64,000 nucleotides of DNA from the human T2T-CHM13v2.0 reference genome, Homo sapiens. Every line of letters begins with the position of its first letter. Within the stretch, counting starts at the first letter, position 1. The position numbers were made by a program, and so were the translations under genes. Shown here piece by piece: positions 1 through 14,302 of this stretch. A model generated the notes under the pieces. The model was not told where the DNA came from and did no database searches. It worked only from the letters and a program-made list of their open reading frames with translations. The stretch lies in NCBI RefSeq assembly GCF_009914755.1, contig NC_060925.1, one strand, 5' to 3'.

Positions 1-56
1 TTTTAGATTCTAAATTTTTTTTAGATTCTAGATTTTTTTTAGATTCTAAATTTTTT
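1..56. repeat. Short AT-rich tandem repeat, about 3 copies of T(n)AGATTCTA(A/G)A, possibly cut by the window edge
   Basis: TAGATTCTA occurs three times at ~18-19 bp spacing, separated by T runs. Confidence 0.8.
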
Positions 57-254
57 GGAATAATTATTTAGAATAATTATTTTAGAAAAGTCATTGTGAA
101 AGGATATCAGCTTTTTTGGGCCCCCAAATCTCTCAATCTAACCCTGGTCCTGGGGCTATCTCTAGGTTAATTTAGAGCAAAGAAAGGAAAGTGAGCACCT
201 GCTATGTGGTAAGCAGTAGACGTAGCCTTGTCCACAAAGAATCATGTATACTCT

Positions 255-368
255 CCTTCTCTGGGAGGCTTAGAGATGTGGGATAATTTGTCCAGGGTCA
301 CACTTGAAATGAGCAAGTGGCTGTCCTAAGACTCAATTGCAGGTTCCTCTGGCTCCAAATCCATGCCT
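255..368 (-). mobile_element. MIR SINE fragment
   Basis: GAGGCTTAGAGATGTGGGATAATTTGTCCAGGGTCACAC resembles the reverse MIR core; boundaries approximate. Confidence 0.6.
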
Positions 369-370
369 TG

Positions 371-792
371 TGATATGGTTCAGATCTGTGTTCCCCCCCC
401 ACCCCCCAAATCCCATATAGAATAATAATCCCAGTGTTGGAGGTGGGGTCTGGTGAGAGGTGATTTGATCCCTGGTGTGGTTTCTCTTGAAACCATCCCC
501 TCAGTGCTATTCTCATGATAGTGAATGAGTGAGTTATCATGACATCAGGTTGTTTAGAAATGTGTAGCACCTCCCCACCTCTCTTCCTCCTCCTCCGGCC
601 ATGTAGGATGTGCCTGCTTGCCCTTCCCCTTCCGCCATGATTGTAGGTTTCCTGAGACCTCCCCAGAAGCCAAGCAGATGCTGCTATGCTTCCTGTATAG
701 CCTGCAGAATTGTGAGCCAATTAAGCCTCTCTTCTTTATAAATTACTCAGTCTCAGACATTTCTTTATAGTGATGTAAGAACAGACTATACA
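371..792 (+). mobile_element. MSTA-type MaLR solo LTR
   Basis: Starts TGATATGGTT and ends ACAGACTATACA; internal CCATGATTGTAGGTTTCCTGAG...CCAATTAAGCCTCT; perfect 5-bp TSD CCTTG at 366-370 and 793-797. Confidence 0.92.
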
Positions 793-2627
793 CCTTGGTT
801 TTATTTGTTGTTTTTTTCTATGCAAGCCCTCCACTTTCACTGTCCTTTAACAGGTTCTTGTTCTGCCTTTGTTAGGCTGATTCTCTAGGTATCACTGGGA
901 GGCATAGACCCTCTCCTTGCAGAACTCCAAGGGACACCATTCGAACATTCTTCTGAAAGTCCCCTGTTGAGCTGTGGTGGAGCTCTGCCATGTGTAGTTA
1001 TTGTTAGGAGGTTTGGCATTGATTCCAAATTCCTAAACATGGCCTGGCTAACTGCTACTCACCTTCAGGTGTTATTAATTGTCACTTCCCTGGGGAAGAT
1101 TTCTCTGTATCCCTGATGGGGGATTAAGTCACCATTTTGTTTACTCCGAGCACCTGAACATAAGATTGTCTTCCCCAGCACTTAGCACAATTAATAATTA
1201 ATTACTCATATTATTATGTGTTTAATGGCTGTCTCTATTTATGCATCCATTTATGGATTTTTTTTTTTTAAAGAGCCGATTACATGCCTGCCAGGTGCTT
1301 ACTGTCTGAAGCCCTGGGGCTAGAGCAGTGTAGGAGTAGGAGTCCTGGGTGGACTGGGATGTGGTCTGTCTTCCTCCCCATGTATCCTCCAGCCCAGCCA
1401 GTGCCTCACCTAGAGCAAGAATTGAAAGAAGGAAGAAAAAAATGAAGAAAGGATACAACAATATTATTATGTTTCAGCCATATTCCATCCCCTTCCTTTG
1501 TGGGCTCTTAAAAGGCTGAATCTACTCCTATTTATCTCTGAATCTCCAGCACCAAACACAGCGCGTGGATAGAATAGGAGCTCAAAAAATACATACACTA
1601 TTTAATGAATCAATGAATGATTCAACCAATCAATTTAATTTGGCATATGCCTTCCTTGTAGGTGTGCCCATTAATTACTAATTACCAATGTTTACATTCC
1701 AGTGCCTAACCATTTTTTTGCTGGCTTCTATGAACTCTCTGGGATGAGAGAATTGGTTTCTCAAATGACTTCCTGCATAAATTAGCCCATCTGAAAGTGA
1801 GTGTTTATCCCAGGCCCTTTGAAATTCACATCATTCGCACCAACACCCCCGCTCAGCTCAGACAGTTCTTTAATTCCAGTCACCTGGGATTTCTTCCTAC
1901 CTTTGTTGCCAGCCTCAGCCTAACGCCACTTATCTTATCCACCTGGATTTACATATCAGAAAGGCCTAATCAAAGCCTGCCTGATTGTCACATCCACCCT
2001 GGTTACAAATCTGCCATCTAATCAAGAAGCCATACAGCAAATCAACATGCCCTTCTTTCTGAAATCTCTTGCAGAAAAATGGGAGAGCAGGAGTCAGAGC
2101 TGTGAACAAGGACAGCAAGAGTCAACCAGGGGAAAAATTCCCTTCCTAGCTGTGTAGCACTGGGAAGAAACGGACAAGGCAAAATGCTTTGTCTGCAGTT
2201 TGATACAACAGTGAGTGTGGGAGAAAAAAACTAATGAGCACAAAGTAACACATTTCTAAACTATGGTGCCTAATGGTACCATCTTAAGATTCTCTGGGCC
2301 CACAAGGCTACGAAGTTAGAATCAGAGATCCTTTATTTAGTCCAACACCTGCAAGGTACATTTTATGAGCTAAGTCAGGTTCTGAGAGATGAATAGCTAA
2401 CAATAACAGGTAACTTCTACTGCACCCTTAGAATGGGCCAGCCTTTTCAGGCATGATCTCATTGGGTCCTCACAGCTAATTTTTTCTTTAATACAGAGAA
2501 GAAAAAAGAGACTTAGCAAAGCCATTTTCCCATAACCATAGAGTAAGTAAGCCATGAACCCAGGACATAGACTTAGATTATTTGTTCATTCAGCAAACTA
2601 ATTTTTTTAAGTCTCCTGAATGGCACA

Positions 2628-3100
<473 letters not shown>

Positions 3101-3104
3101 GATA

Positions 3105-3290
3105 ATCCTGACTCCGTTACTCCTTTGCTGTGTGCCCCTTGGCAAATTACTTAATTTCTCTGAGCCTCAGTTTCCTCCTTATAAAATAGAAATGACACTA
3201 GAACCTGTCTTGTGGGTGTATTTAAACAGTTAAATGACATACCCTATATAAAGCTCTTAGCATAGTCTCTGGCCTACTCAGCAAGGGAGA
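3105..3290 (+). mobile_element. MIR SINE
   Basis: GCTGTGTGCCCCTTGGCAAATTACTTAATTTCTCTGAGCCTCAGTTTCCTCCTTATAAAATAG MIR core. Confidence 0.85.
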
Positions 3291-4224
3291 AAGCAAGCAG
3301 CAAGTGTCAGATCTTATGATTTTCATATAATCCATACTGGGCACTGTGCTGGGAATACAGAAAGGAAAAGACACCCTCCCAAGGAGATGCCATCTAGCAG
3401 GGAGGCTGGTGGGCTGGCTGTATGGGCAGTGACAGGGGCAGCTCAGAAGACAACTTACTAGCCTGAGCATGGCAATCAGAGAAAGCTTCCGAGAGACAGT
3501 CTTATTTCTGTCACCCCAGTCCACATGAGGGGAAAAAAATCAAGATCGAGTGGCCAGTTGGTGCAGGACACTGCAACAGAGCAGGTTTACATCCAGGGGC
3601 TCAGCAGCCTTTAGGAGCTGATATGATCGAAGGTCAGCTTCACCAATTCCTGCCAAGACTCTTGCTGAGCATTTCATGAGGTCTCAGATTCCCCCTTCCA
3701 GGTTCCTGACAGCCATTTGGTTTCTGCCAAGACTCTCAACTCCCTTATATATTAACACAACCTTAAGCCTTTCTCCTGAGTCCCTCCAGGCATGTTTTTA
3801 TTTTTTTTCTGCACCCCTCTAGCCTTCTAAATTCTACCAGCCACCAAGACCCACCATAGAATTCATACCTGCTAAAAGTGAGGGTTGGTTGCATTTTAAA
3901 GCCTTCATTATTAGAGCTGATGCTTACCGGTTGATTTGAGCTTCTTCTTTTTTTTTTTTTTCTAGGAATGAAGCTTAATAATTTTTTTCTATAATTGAAA
4001 AACCAAGCTAAAGTGAAATGACCTATGAGCAAGTGGCAGAACCTGTACTAAAAACATATTTCCTTATGCCCAACAGGGCTCTCTCTCTCACAACCCTCTG
4101 TTAGAGAAAAAAAGCACAAAGCAGGGCTACACACTCCACTCTCCCTTCCCTAAGGAATCTCAGAAAGCTGATGAATGCATTTGGCATCCTCTCCAGAAGT
4201 GCTGGAAATAGCCGTTATAATGCA

Positions 4225-4430
4225 GGGTCTGGGCTTGGAATTCCACAGCTCTCCCCACGTGGGACCAAATCGACTCTGTCACTGACAAGCAGCAGCGGGA
4301 GCTCGAGTAAGTTATAAAATACTGCTGAGCCTCAGTTTTCTAAAATGTAAAATGGAGATAATCGTACTTACTGACAGTTGGGTGTGATGATCCAGTATGA
4401 TAATATATGTAGAACACCTGGAGAGCAGGT
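4225..4430 (+). mobile_element. MIR SINE
   Basis: CTGAGCCTCAGTTTTCTAAAATGTAAAATGGAGATAATC core; boundaries approximate. Confidence 0.7.
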
Positions 4431-6057
4431 GCTTGCCTGGTCATGGGGCATTTCAAGGGTTTTAAGCAAAGTCACTCATTCCCCAGTTTAAAACTTTTGG
4501 TAACAGGCTGTACATAGCCCTGAGGAGGCACATAGCCTGAGGTCCCCAGCCCGGTGCCTGTAGCCCTTTGTAATCTGCACTCTACTCTCCCAGCCTCATT
4601 GCTCAGATAGCTCCTCCTGACACTCCATTCCGCTCTCCAGCTTTGCAAAGAAATTTCCAGCTTTCTAAGCTCCACTGTTCTGTCTTCACTTTGGACTGGT
4701 GCTTTGCCAGGAGTGTTTGCTAATTCTCTTTCTCCATTTCCTCAACACCTCAGGTCCTCTGGCCCTCTAAAGCTCATTTTTCGGGTCTCAGATCAGGTCT
4801 CACATTTGATACCTTCTCGAGGAAGTCCTGCCCCACCTCACCCCATCACCAGGCCATGTCTCTGTGCCCCCTTAGTGATCCTACTAGACTGGGGAGCAAC
4901 TCACTGTGTTGTGCCATTGTCTACTCTTTTGCCATGTCTGCATCCCCCAACAGGATGCAAGCTCAGTGCAGACAGGAGCTACATCTGGGGTCTTGTTCAC
5001 CATCATCTCGCTCACACATTCCAAGGCTTGGTACAGAGTAGGAACTCAAATAATAGCTGTAAATGGAATCGATCAGAATAACAATAACAGTCTAGAGAAA
5101 AATAAAAAATCTCACCACTCCAGGGCGAGCAAGACAAATGGGCTTGTCCCATTGTTGAGACGGAAAGCTTTACACAAATAATTTCATTTCCAGCCTTTCT
5201 AGAACAAAGCAGGACTTAAAATAAAATCAACCAGCTACCAGGTGCCTGGGAGCAAGGGTACCATAGCCAATGCTGCTTGTGGGTCAGGAAACTACCAGAA
5301 TCCAGCCTTGTCAATGCAAAATGCTTAGAGCCCTGGGGGGTCGGGATGGGTTAAGGCAGGGCCTCTTTGAACCACAGAGAGGAAGCCCCTTTCTAAATCC
5401 CAGTCACTGAAAGCCAGTGCCTTCCTTTCCTAGCGCCTATAGAATTGAATTAGCATAAGCATTGTCATGTAATGAGTTGTCAGCCTGAAGATGTAATTAT
5501 TGCAAAGCAGCGAAAAATTTCAAAAGTTGAGCTTTAATGGAAAAATGAGATGGGAGCTCTGGCATTCAAGTATAAAACAAACTTTTTAATATTCATTCCT
5601 CCTGCACTCTTGGAAATTCACCTTCAGAGAGCCAAGGTGAACAGGGGGAAAAAAGTTCAATAATTTTCAAATCCTAATTATAATTCATCACAGGTGGTTA
5701 AACAAGGCTGTGGGTATTTGTTGCTCACCACTTGTTTTTTTCTTACAGTGGACATTTAATTTTAATTAAAAAGAGAGTTTTTTTTTAAATGATGCCTAGT
5801 GCTATTTTTCCTTTTCCATGCAGAGAGACTCAATTTTTCAATTTGCCGATATTATAAGATAAAAAACACTGCATACATGTTTATGCCTTGTATTTTGATG
5901 GGGTGGGAGGCTATCAGTTCATCCACCTTTAGGGTCTCTATACTTCCCGAGAGAGTCAATCCAGACTCCACAGACTGCCTTTCCAGATCTCCATAATTGA
6001 GCTAGCATTTACACTTCTGAAATTTCTAAGCTTCAGCTTCTTTATTTGAAAAATAGG

Positions 6058-6380
<323 letters not shown>

Positions 6381-7776
6381 ATGAAAAATGAGGATGTTAA
6401 TAATGAGACATATTTTGCTATCCATGGTAGGTACTTTGGGAAAGTAAGATCATTCTGTCTACAAGCACTTTATAGGACTGATGACTCACCATGAGACCAA
6501 GTTAATTATTACAAGCTCTCCAAATGTTATTTGTTGTTTTTCTTATTGATAAGTATTTGTTAATTAATTCAACAAACACACTATTTTTGTGTGTGTGTGT
6601 GTGTACAAGGCACTGTGCTAATTTCCAGGGTTTAAAAAGAGAAAAGAAAATGAACCATGTGTCATCATCTTTCATGATGAGGATTGATCCAGTTTAGACA
6701 GGAAGACAGACATGAGAACAAATGGGCCTGATTCCATTTGATTCTTACAGAAATGCTCTGAGGTGTGTAGGAGATAGGATTAGAAGTCTCGTATAGCTTT
6801 ATAGCTGCGTAATTTGCGGAAAGTCTTTTAACATTTTGAGACTCAAAATTCATTGCATAAAAAAATAGGGTAAATAGTATTGTTTCTACTTTTGATTGCT
6901 GTATAAATATTATTTTCCTTTATCATCTTTTCTTCCATAAATCTCCTAATCTGTGCTCAAGTAATACTTCCTAGCTTTTATGTCTATGATTTCCCTTGCC
7001 TAAGCACTTTCCACATTTCTGTATCTGGCATACCTATGCTCACCCTTTAAAAGGTAGGATAGATACGATGATCCTTGTGAAGTTTTCTCACATTCACAAG
7101 AGAGTTCAGTTTCCTTGATATTGTTCCCATAATATTTCTCTGTTCTTGTCCTGATTTCAGCCCAGATCCTCTGGTATACGATGAGTCACTGACTCATTTT
7201 CCTCCTAGGTGGTGAGCTTCCTAAGGAGGTCATCCTAACCCTGCTTGGAAAAATGTTTCTTGGTGAAAGAGAGTTAATGAAAGGATGAGGGTGAGTATGT
7301 TAGGATTGCATAGCTGCAAGCAACAGAAATGGATTTTGGTTAGCTTAAATGGAAACACGAACTTACTGGGAAAAGACCAGGTAGTTAGAAGTTTGGCAAT
7401 GAGGCTGCAGGACCAGGCTTATAGAAAAATGAAAGCTAGGACAGATTAAGGTACCTAAGAGGCAAGAACTGATAGACCAAATTTAGAGGAATCCTTTCCA
7501 ATGTCTTCCCATCAGTGCTACAGAGCATTCTAGATTTGAATGCTGTGTGTGTGTGGAGGGGAGTGGGGTCTGGGTCAGCCACCCAGAGCACTGAGGGCAG
7601 AGCATCTTCAACGTTAGTCCTTCTGACTGCTCCCAAGGGGAAAAAGGAACTTGGGGTGCTATTTCCAAATAGAGGGGGCATGAGTGCTAGGTGGCCCCAT
7701 ATAGCAAATGATCACCACAAACTACATGTGAATAAATGAGGGACTCCCCACAGAGAGGGTGAACATCTTCTGAATA

Positions 7777-8022
<246 letters not shown>

Positions 8023-9189
8023 ACTTACTCATTTCTGTACCCTGTAGGTGGCACAGTGCCTGTCAGTAAGGGATCCTCTCTATTCATCTTTATTTTGAGA
8101 TCTGGTCTAGAGTTCTTTTCTGGCAGGCGGTCTTTATTTTCCTATAGCCCGGAAGAGACAACTCTCCCTTGAACACTTAAACTCAGTGCCTTCTATCTAC
8201 AGCTCTTCTGTCAGATAGCGTGAGGCCTGATCTCATCACTCTGACCATCTAACAATTATCAGTCTTCCTGTTTGATAAATCAATTGAGCGGGGACCACAT
8301 CAGGCATTAAGGTGTCCCACAACCATCATCCCAGGTGGGCAGGCACAACCGAAGTGCCCTGATCCTGCAGTCCTTTAATTGGGCAAATTTATAGTTGTGC
8401 CTTTTACCCCTTCCTATTTTGTATCAGTTTCTGAAGCTTCATTCTCCATTAAGATCAAGTTTACACAAGAGGCTCGAAGCAAAGCAAACTCAAGTCAGAT
8501 GTTTTTGGATGGTACCCAAAGGCCCTGAAAATTCACAGGTGAAGAGGATTAATTTCATTGCCATGCTTCTGACACACCCCTTTCAAAGTGGTTTAGCACT
8601 GCTGTTTAGTAAATGTTATTCGCCTCCTGCTTCTGGTACCAGCCACATTTGCATATTCATCAGAAGTGTGCACACAGTATTAAACCCGACCGTTACCACA
8701 CTTCTCATTCCCAAATCCCTCTATGAATGCTGATACCTGTTTCTCTAGCTGCAGCCATAATTTTCTCAAGGTCAGCACATGCTGGCGTTTCCCTGGGGAG
8801 CTGGGGGCCTCCACTGCCCTGAAGAAGCCATGCGCTGCTGCTTCCTGTCACCTCAATGGGTATGACTCCATAAGACTTCAGTGTGTCTGATGGGAGGTGG
8901 TGTTTGTGGAATGCACAAATGCCAGTGAGAAGGCTTGAAGTGAACACTGGAAGTGGAGTCAAAAAGCTGGTTCAAGTCTAGGCTCCAAAACCTGATGCAA
9001 GTTGCTTCTAGCCACACTGAGCTTCAACATCCTCATTTGTGAAACCGAAAATAAGTTATCTGTGCTGCTGTGTTTACTCCATGAGATTATGTAGGTGAAG
9101 GTGCTGTATCACCTTTAAAATTATGTAGAAAACTAACAGGTTTTGAAATTTATTGCTTGTTTTATTATAAAAGAAAAAAAAAAAAAAGA

Positions 9190-9426
9190 GGAAGCCCATG
9201 CTAGCCACATGAAAGAACAGGGGAAACAGAGACAGTGACAGTTTCCTGGTTAGTTCCCAGCTGTTTAAGTTATTCCAGCGGAGATCTCAGACATCATTTT
9301 GTAGCAGATACTTCTCCGATGTACTTTTATAAACTACGGACCCACAGAGCCAGAAAATATGGCAATAATAAATACAGTCACTAAGTTTTGGGGTAGCTTG
9401 TGATGTCACATTAGAGAACTCCAACA
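9190..9426 (+). mobile_element. Old MaLR LTR 3' fragment (MLT1G/H/I-like)
   Basis: CCCAGCTGTTTAAG...GACCCACAGAG...CACTAAGTTTTGGGGTAGCTTGT...AACA resembles an MLT1 3' end. Confidence 0.5.
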
Positions 9427-10563
9427 TATTCAACCTCTCCAGGTGTTCACTTGAAGCCGCTTCACTAGGGTTCGTGTGTCAGGGAGACATGGCCACTCCT
9501 CCGCATGGAGGAAATGGGACTCCATTCTCAGCAAAGAAGTCCCTCTTCAAAAATCCTGTTCCAACCTGTGATAACTGAACTGTTGCATGTTCTTAGTGTT
9601 GGTGAGACCCATAGGAGTTGTGTAAACAATTTTTACATATTTTCCTTGCTAGTTGTTACCCAGACCTGAGACCTTACTTGAAATATCCTATCTCTTGTAT
9701 CTTGGTGGCTTGGACAACTCTTTCCAAATAACATGTGATTATAAAAATAAATAATAAAGATAATCCTTAATAATAAGAATTGCCATAAAGAATATAAAAC
9801 AGGCTAATGAAATAAAGTTATTTGGGAAGTGGGGTGCACGAACCACTCTGGGGAGATGATGTTTGGAAGAAGAACTTTAAAATGAGAAGGAGACAATGAA
9901 TCCTGAGTTGAAATAATTTTCTTTCCTCCTATTTCCTACTGTCTTTCCATGCCTAGTGGAGCATCTATCACCGTTGGCCTGCTCCCAGAGTTATTTATTT
10001 CTGTCTTCCCAGTAGATTGTGAGAGTCTGGAGGGCAGGAATTATCATTTATCTCCACATTCTTCTAGGGTGTTGGTGTTGCTTGTAGCAGGTGTTCAGTA
10101 AATGAGTGTTAAATAAAATGCAAATCATGTTGAGAGTAGATCGGAGGCCTCTGTTTCACATGGCTATTTACCCAGAAACTGTCAAGGGTCTGGCCCTTCA
10201 AGGACATACAGTAAACTATAGGAAGAAACCAAATGTGCGACCCATCCTTTACAGCAGTGTTTCAAGGGTTGGCACCAGAGAGAAAATACTGCAGCCCTAT
10301 TTTAAGTGAAAAAGGCTTTACTGACACATTTTCTTTACTCCAAGTGCAAGTTCCACTTCTTGCCATGGACTGTGTTTTTATGAGAATTCCCTTCCATGTT
10401 GCCTAGATCCAACAGGTTTCTTATGATCTTAAGAACAATAGAACAACTGAATTCTTTATTCAGTTAGTATCACTGAACACTGATGTTTTCTTCTAAACAC
10501 AGTTTAATCCCTAAACTGAAATCTTGATTGATGGCCTTGGGTACCATATTCATGATTTGCATT

Positions 10564-11092
10564 TTTTTTTTATTTTAAACAACCAGTAATCAATTTATTA
10601 AGACAGTTGACTTAAGCATCTGCAACGGTGACTTCCACTTCAACTCCTAGCTCAGTACTGATGGAAGTAATCTGCTTAACAATCTCAGAAGGACTGTGCA
10701 AGTCAAAGAGTCACTTGTGGATTCTCATCTGGAAACGACCTCATGTCTTAGAACCTTCACCACAAGGAGTTTTTCTTGTAGTGATTCTCAGAATCTTGGT
10801 AGGTATTCAAACTGGTCCTTTCCCTTTGATATTCTTTTCCTTTGCTCCTCTGATCAAGTCAGCACATACCATCTCCTGGGATTTTACACTGCAGCTCCTT
10901 AAAGTGATGCAAATTTGGTGAATTGCCACCTCCGGCTCCATGAGTGTTTTTCCGGTATTTTTAAAAGTCATGGAAGCTGTGTGGCTTCCTGATCAACTTG
11001 TTCCTCAGTGAGAGTGAACAGTGGTGAGCCAGGAGCAGGAGTCGGCGGATGACAGCCCCACACCACTTGCGACCGCATCATCCTCAAAGAGC
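10564..11092 (-). pseudogene. RPS20: Processed pseudogene of 40S ribosomal protein S20 (uS10); ORF remnant 10971->10612
   Basis: Minus-strand translation [116 protein letters not shown] matches RPS20 (119 codons, no frameshift). Stops at codons 55, 77 and 87. No introns. 5'UTR present, AATAAA at 10594-10599 (minus), poly(A) remnant, TSD GATTTGCATT at 10554-10563 and 11093-11102. The symbol names the parent gene; the pseudogene number is not determined. Confidence 0.97.
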
Positions 11093-11141
11093 GATTTGCA
11101 TTCTTATCTAAAGTTCTTCAGTCAGTCATCCATTCTAATCC

Positions 11142-11590
11142 TATATATATATATATATATATATACACATTATATTATATATATGATATATATTTCATAT
11201 ATAAAATATTTCATATATAATATATATGAAATATATAATACATATGAAATATATAATACATATGAAATATATAATATATAATATAATATATATAATATAT
11301 AATATATATGAAATATATAATATAATATATTATATGTTATATATGAAATATATAATATAATATATTATATATATGAAATATATAATATAATATATTATAT
11401 ATATGAAATATATAATATATGAAATATATTATATATGAAATATATATTATGTATGAAATATATATGAAATATATATATGAAATATATATGTATGAAATAT
11501 ATTTATATGAAATATATATTATATAAATATATTCTATATATTATATATAAATATATTTTATACATATATATATAGAGAGAGAGAGAGAGA
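11142..11590. repeat. AT-rich (TA)n / ATATATGAA low-complexity expansion followed by (GA)n
   Basis: About 430 bp of nearly pure A/T with recurring ATATATGAA units, then (AG)n joining the Alu body. Confidence 0.95.
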
Positions 11591-11868
11591 GACAGATTTT
11601 CACCCTTGTTGCCCAGGCTAGAGTGCAATGGTACGATCTCGGCTCACTGCAACCTCCACCTCCAGGGTTCAAGTCTCCTGACTCAGCCTCCAAGTAGCTG
11701 GGATTACAGGTGCCCGCCACCACGTCTGGCTGATATTTTGGTATTTTTAATAGAGACGGGGTGTCACCATTTTGGCCAGGCTGGTCTCGAACTCCTGACC
11801 TCAGATGATCCATCTGCCTCGGCCTCCCAATGTGCTGGGATTACAGGTGTGAGCCACCATGCCCAGCC
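11589..11868 (-). mobile_element. AluSq-like element whose tail is the AT-rich expansion
   Basis: TTTCACCCTTGTTGCCCAGGCTAGAGTGCAATGG; TSD TAATCC(T/A)ATAT at 11136-11146 and 11869-11879. Confidence 0.9.
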
Positions 11869-13364
11869 TAATCCAATATTTTTCATGATGTGTTGGTGAA
11901 TCATTAAATCAGTTTGGTGAGTTTTGACTGGAATTTTATTTAAATTAAATTGAATAACAGAAAATATCATAGTCTATCAAAGTTAAAGGTGTGATTTTTT
12001 GAGTTGTGTTTGGTTGCATGTGTGCATATACTGGGTCATAGTCCAAAAGGTTTAAAAGTTACTAATGTGAACGTTTCTCCAATTACATTCCCTACCAGTC
12101 ACACATTTTTCTGTATGACGCCTTCATCTTTTTTGTGCAAACATTAGTTTTCTGTAATGCCCAATGTGACTTAACATGACCAAACTGAATTCTTTATCTT
12201 CTCTTCAAACTTGTTTTTCCTTCTGCCTTCCCTATTTTTAAGAGTTATTATCTACCCAGTCATGTGAAATCTTTTGAATTTGATCTTGGAAACATACCTA
12301 AAATGTATTCCTTTGCATCCTATACAAAAGCCTGTGCCCTATGTCAGCCTCATCATCTCTCGCCTGACCATTGCATTGCTCCTACTTTAGGTCTTTCTGG
12401 TTTGGGTTAAACACCACCCAGTTCAAATTTTATTTTACCACTCAAATGAATCTTGTTTATGTAAAGAATTTAGTTGCATCACACACATTTATTTCCTCTT
12501 TCTCCCATGATGTCATTAAAATTAAAGAACTAACAAAAAGACAGAGGGGATAATAAATGAGAGAGGGCCCATCAGCACATGAGAGAAGTAAGCACATTTA
12601 AGAAAGTCTGAAGGCAGATGGGTGATAGGTCCTGGATTAAACAGTCCAGTAATGACTGTCAGGAGTGGAGTAGATTCAGCTGACAAGCATAGTCACCAGC
12701 CAGGCAGAACCACAGAGGGGTCAGCATTCAGATTTGCCAGGTAAGACAGAGCATGCAACATGGGGCAAAAATAACTGCTGGACAGCCAACGCCCTTTCTT
12801 CTTCCTCTACTCCCATATGCAGCTTATAATACCTGAAGACCCAGGCATGCACATACCCAGAAAAAATCTCTATACTCTAGGCTACACCTCCCACCCCCTG
12901 GGAGATATGACTGTACATATGTGTATACACACACATATATATACATACACATATGACATGTAATATAAAATATATACAAAACAGACTATAAATATATTAA
13001 AATTGAATGCACACACAGACACACACATACACAATGTAACCTCTCTGGGTAAGTGTCTTCAGCTGAAAAGTAAGATCACCTCCAGCTCTGACAATCTATG
13101 ATTTTCTCTCCCATGTGTAAATTTATATCTGTTCTCTGGTCATACAACCAACATGCTGTGAAGATATTAAAAAAAGAGAGAGAGAGAGAGAGAAATGCAT
13201 TGCCCCCTTGCTTGTGCTTCATCACTGGTATAATTCTAAAAGAATTTCCAGTAAAGCTTTTGAATCCTCATATCTGAAAGCTTGGCAGGCCGTGAGTAAA
13301 AACCTGCACTTATCAATAGACTTGAGTTATTCTCCTTTTAATTAATACCATCAAACAAATTAGT

Positions 13365-13600
13365 ATTAAATACTTGTGATATGCCAGATGTTGGGCTAAA
13401 TACTTATGTGTGGGATCACACTTAGTATTCAAACAACTTTTCAGGTGAACATTATTATTCCCATTACACAGACAGGGAAATTAAGGCTCAGTAAGGTTAA
13501 GTAACTTCTCAACAACTCAGAGCTCAGCAAGCTACAAATCCAAGTTTCTATATTAAATCTACCAGGTTCCAAAACATATGTTCTTAACCCCTACATTCTA
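13365..13600 (-). mobile_element. MIR SINE
   Basis: ATTATTATTCCCATTACACAGACAGGGAAATTAAGGCTCAGTAAGGTTAAGTAACTT. Confidence 0.85.
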
Positions 13601-13958
13601 GTGGCTGGTGGTTAAGCTCTTCTATTAACTTGAAGTCAATTCACTCTGCCTCGGTTTCCTTATCTGTCAAATAGGGGAAATCGTTCACTCTCACCATCTT
13701 TAAGTTATTGTGAAGACATGCGGTATTGAGCTTAATTCTGCCTTGATAAAATTATGTATCATAAAAATGCAAGTTATAAATATAAATAGCAATTTGAATG
13801 CCTGGGTGTGCCTTACACTCCCCAGTTTAGCCGGGTCCAACTCCCTCTGACCTTATATCAAACCTATTTATACCTTTTGTTCTCAGCATGGCCCCAATAG
13901 GCATTTGCATTTGTAATCCCTGGACTAGAGGCTGGAAGCTTTCCTGAAATAATAAATA

Positions 13959-14302
13959 CAGTCAGTTCTCCGTATCTGTGGGTTCTGCATCTGTGGATAC
14001 AACCAACTGCGGATCAAAAATATTCAGAAAGTAAAATTGATGATCGTATGTGTACTGAACATATGCAGACTTTTTTTCTCATTATTATTCCCTAAGCAAT
14101 ATAGTACAACTATTCGTGTAGCGTTGACATTGTGTTAGGTATTATAAGTAATCTAGAGATAATTTAAAAGATACAGGAGGATGTGTGTATGTTATATGCA
14201 AATATTATACCATTTTATATAAGGACTTTGAGCATCAGTGGGTTTTTGTATTTGAGGGGGATCCTCGAGACGAATTCCCCCACGAATACCCAGGGACAAC
14301 TT
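13959..14302 (-). mobile_element. MER2 (TcMar-Tigger non-autonomous DNA transposon)
   Basis: CAGTCAGTTCTCCGTATCTGTGGGTTCTGCATCTGTGGATACAACC...GAATACCCAGGGACAACT; ~344 bp; terminal inverted repeats; TA on both flanks. Confidence 0.9.

Noticed and set aside
298-720. 140-aa ORF
   Set aside because: Lies almost wholly within the antisense MSTA LTR.
10628-10921. Plus-strand ORFs of 97 and 68 aa
   Set aside because: Antisense shadows of the RPS20 pseudogene.
10612-10971. Functional RPS20 retrogene
   Set aside because: Three in-frame TGA stops and many missense changes.
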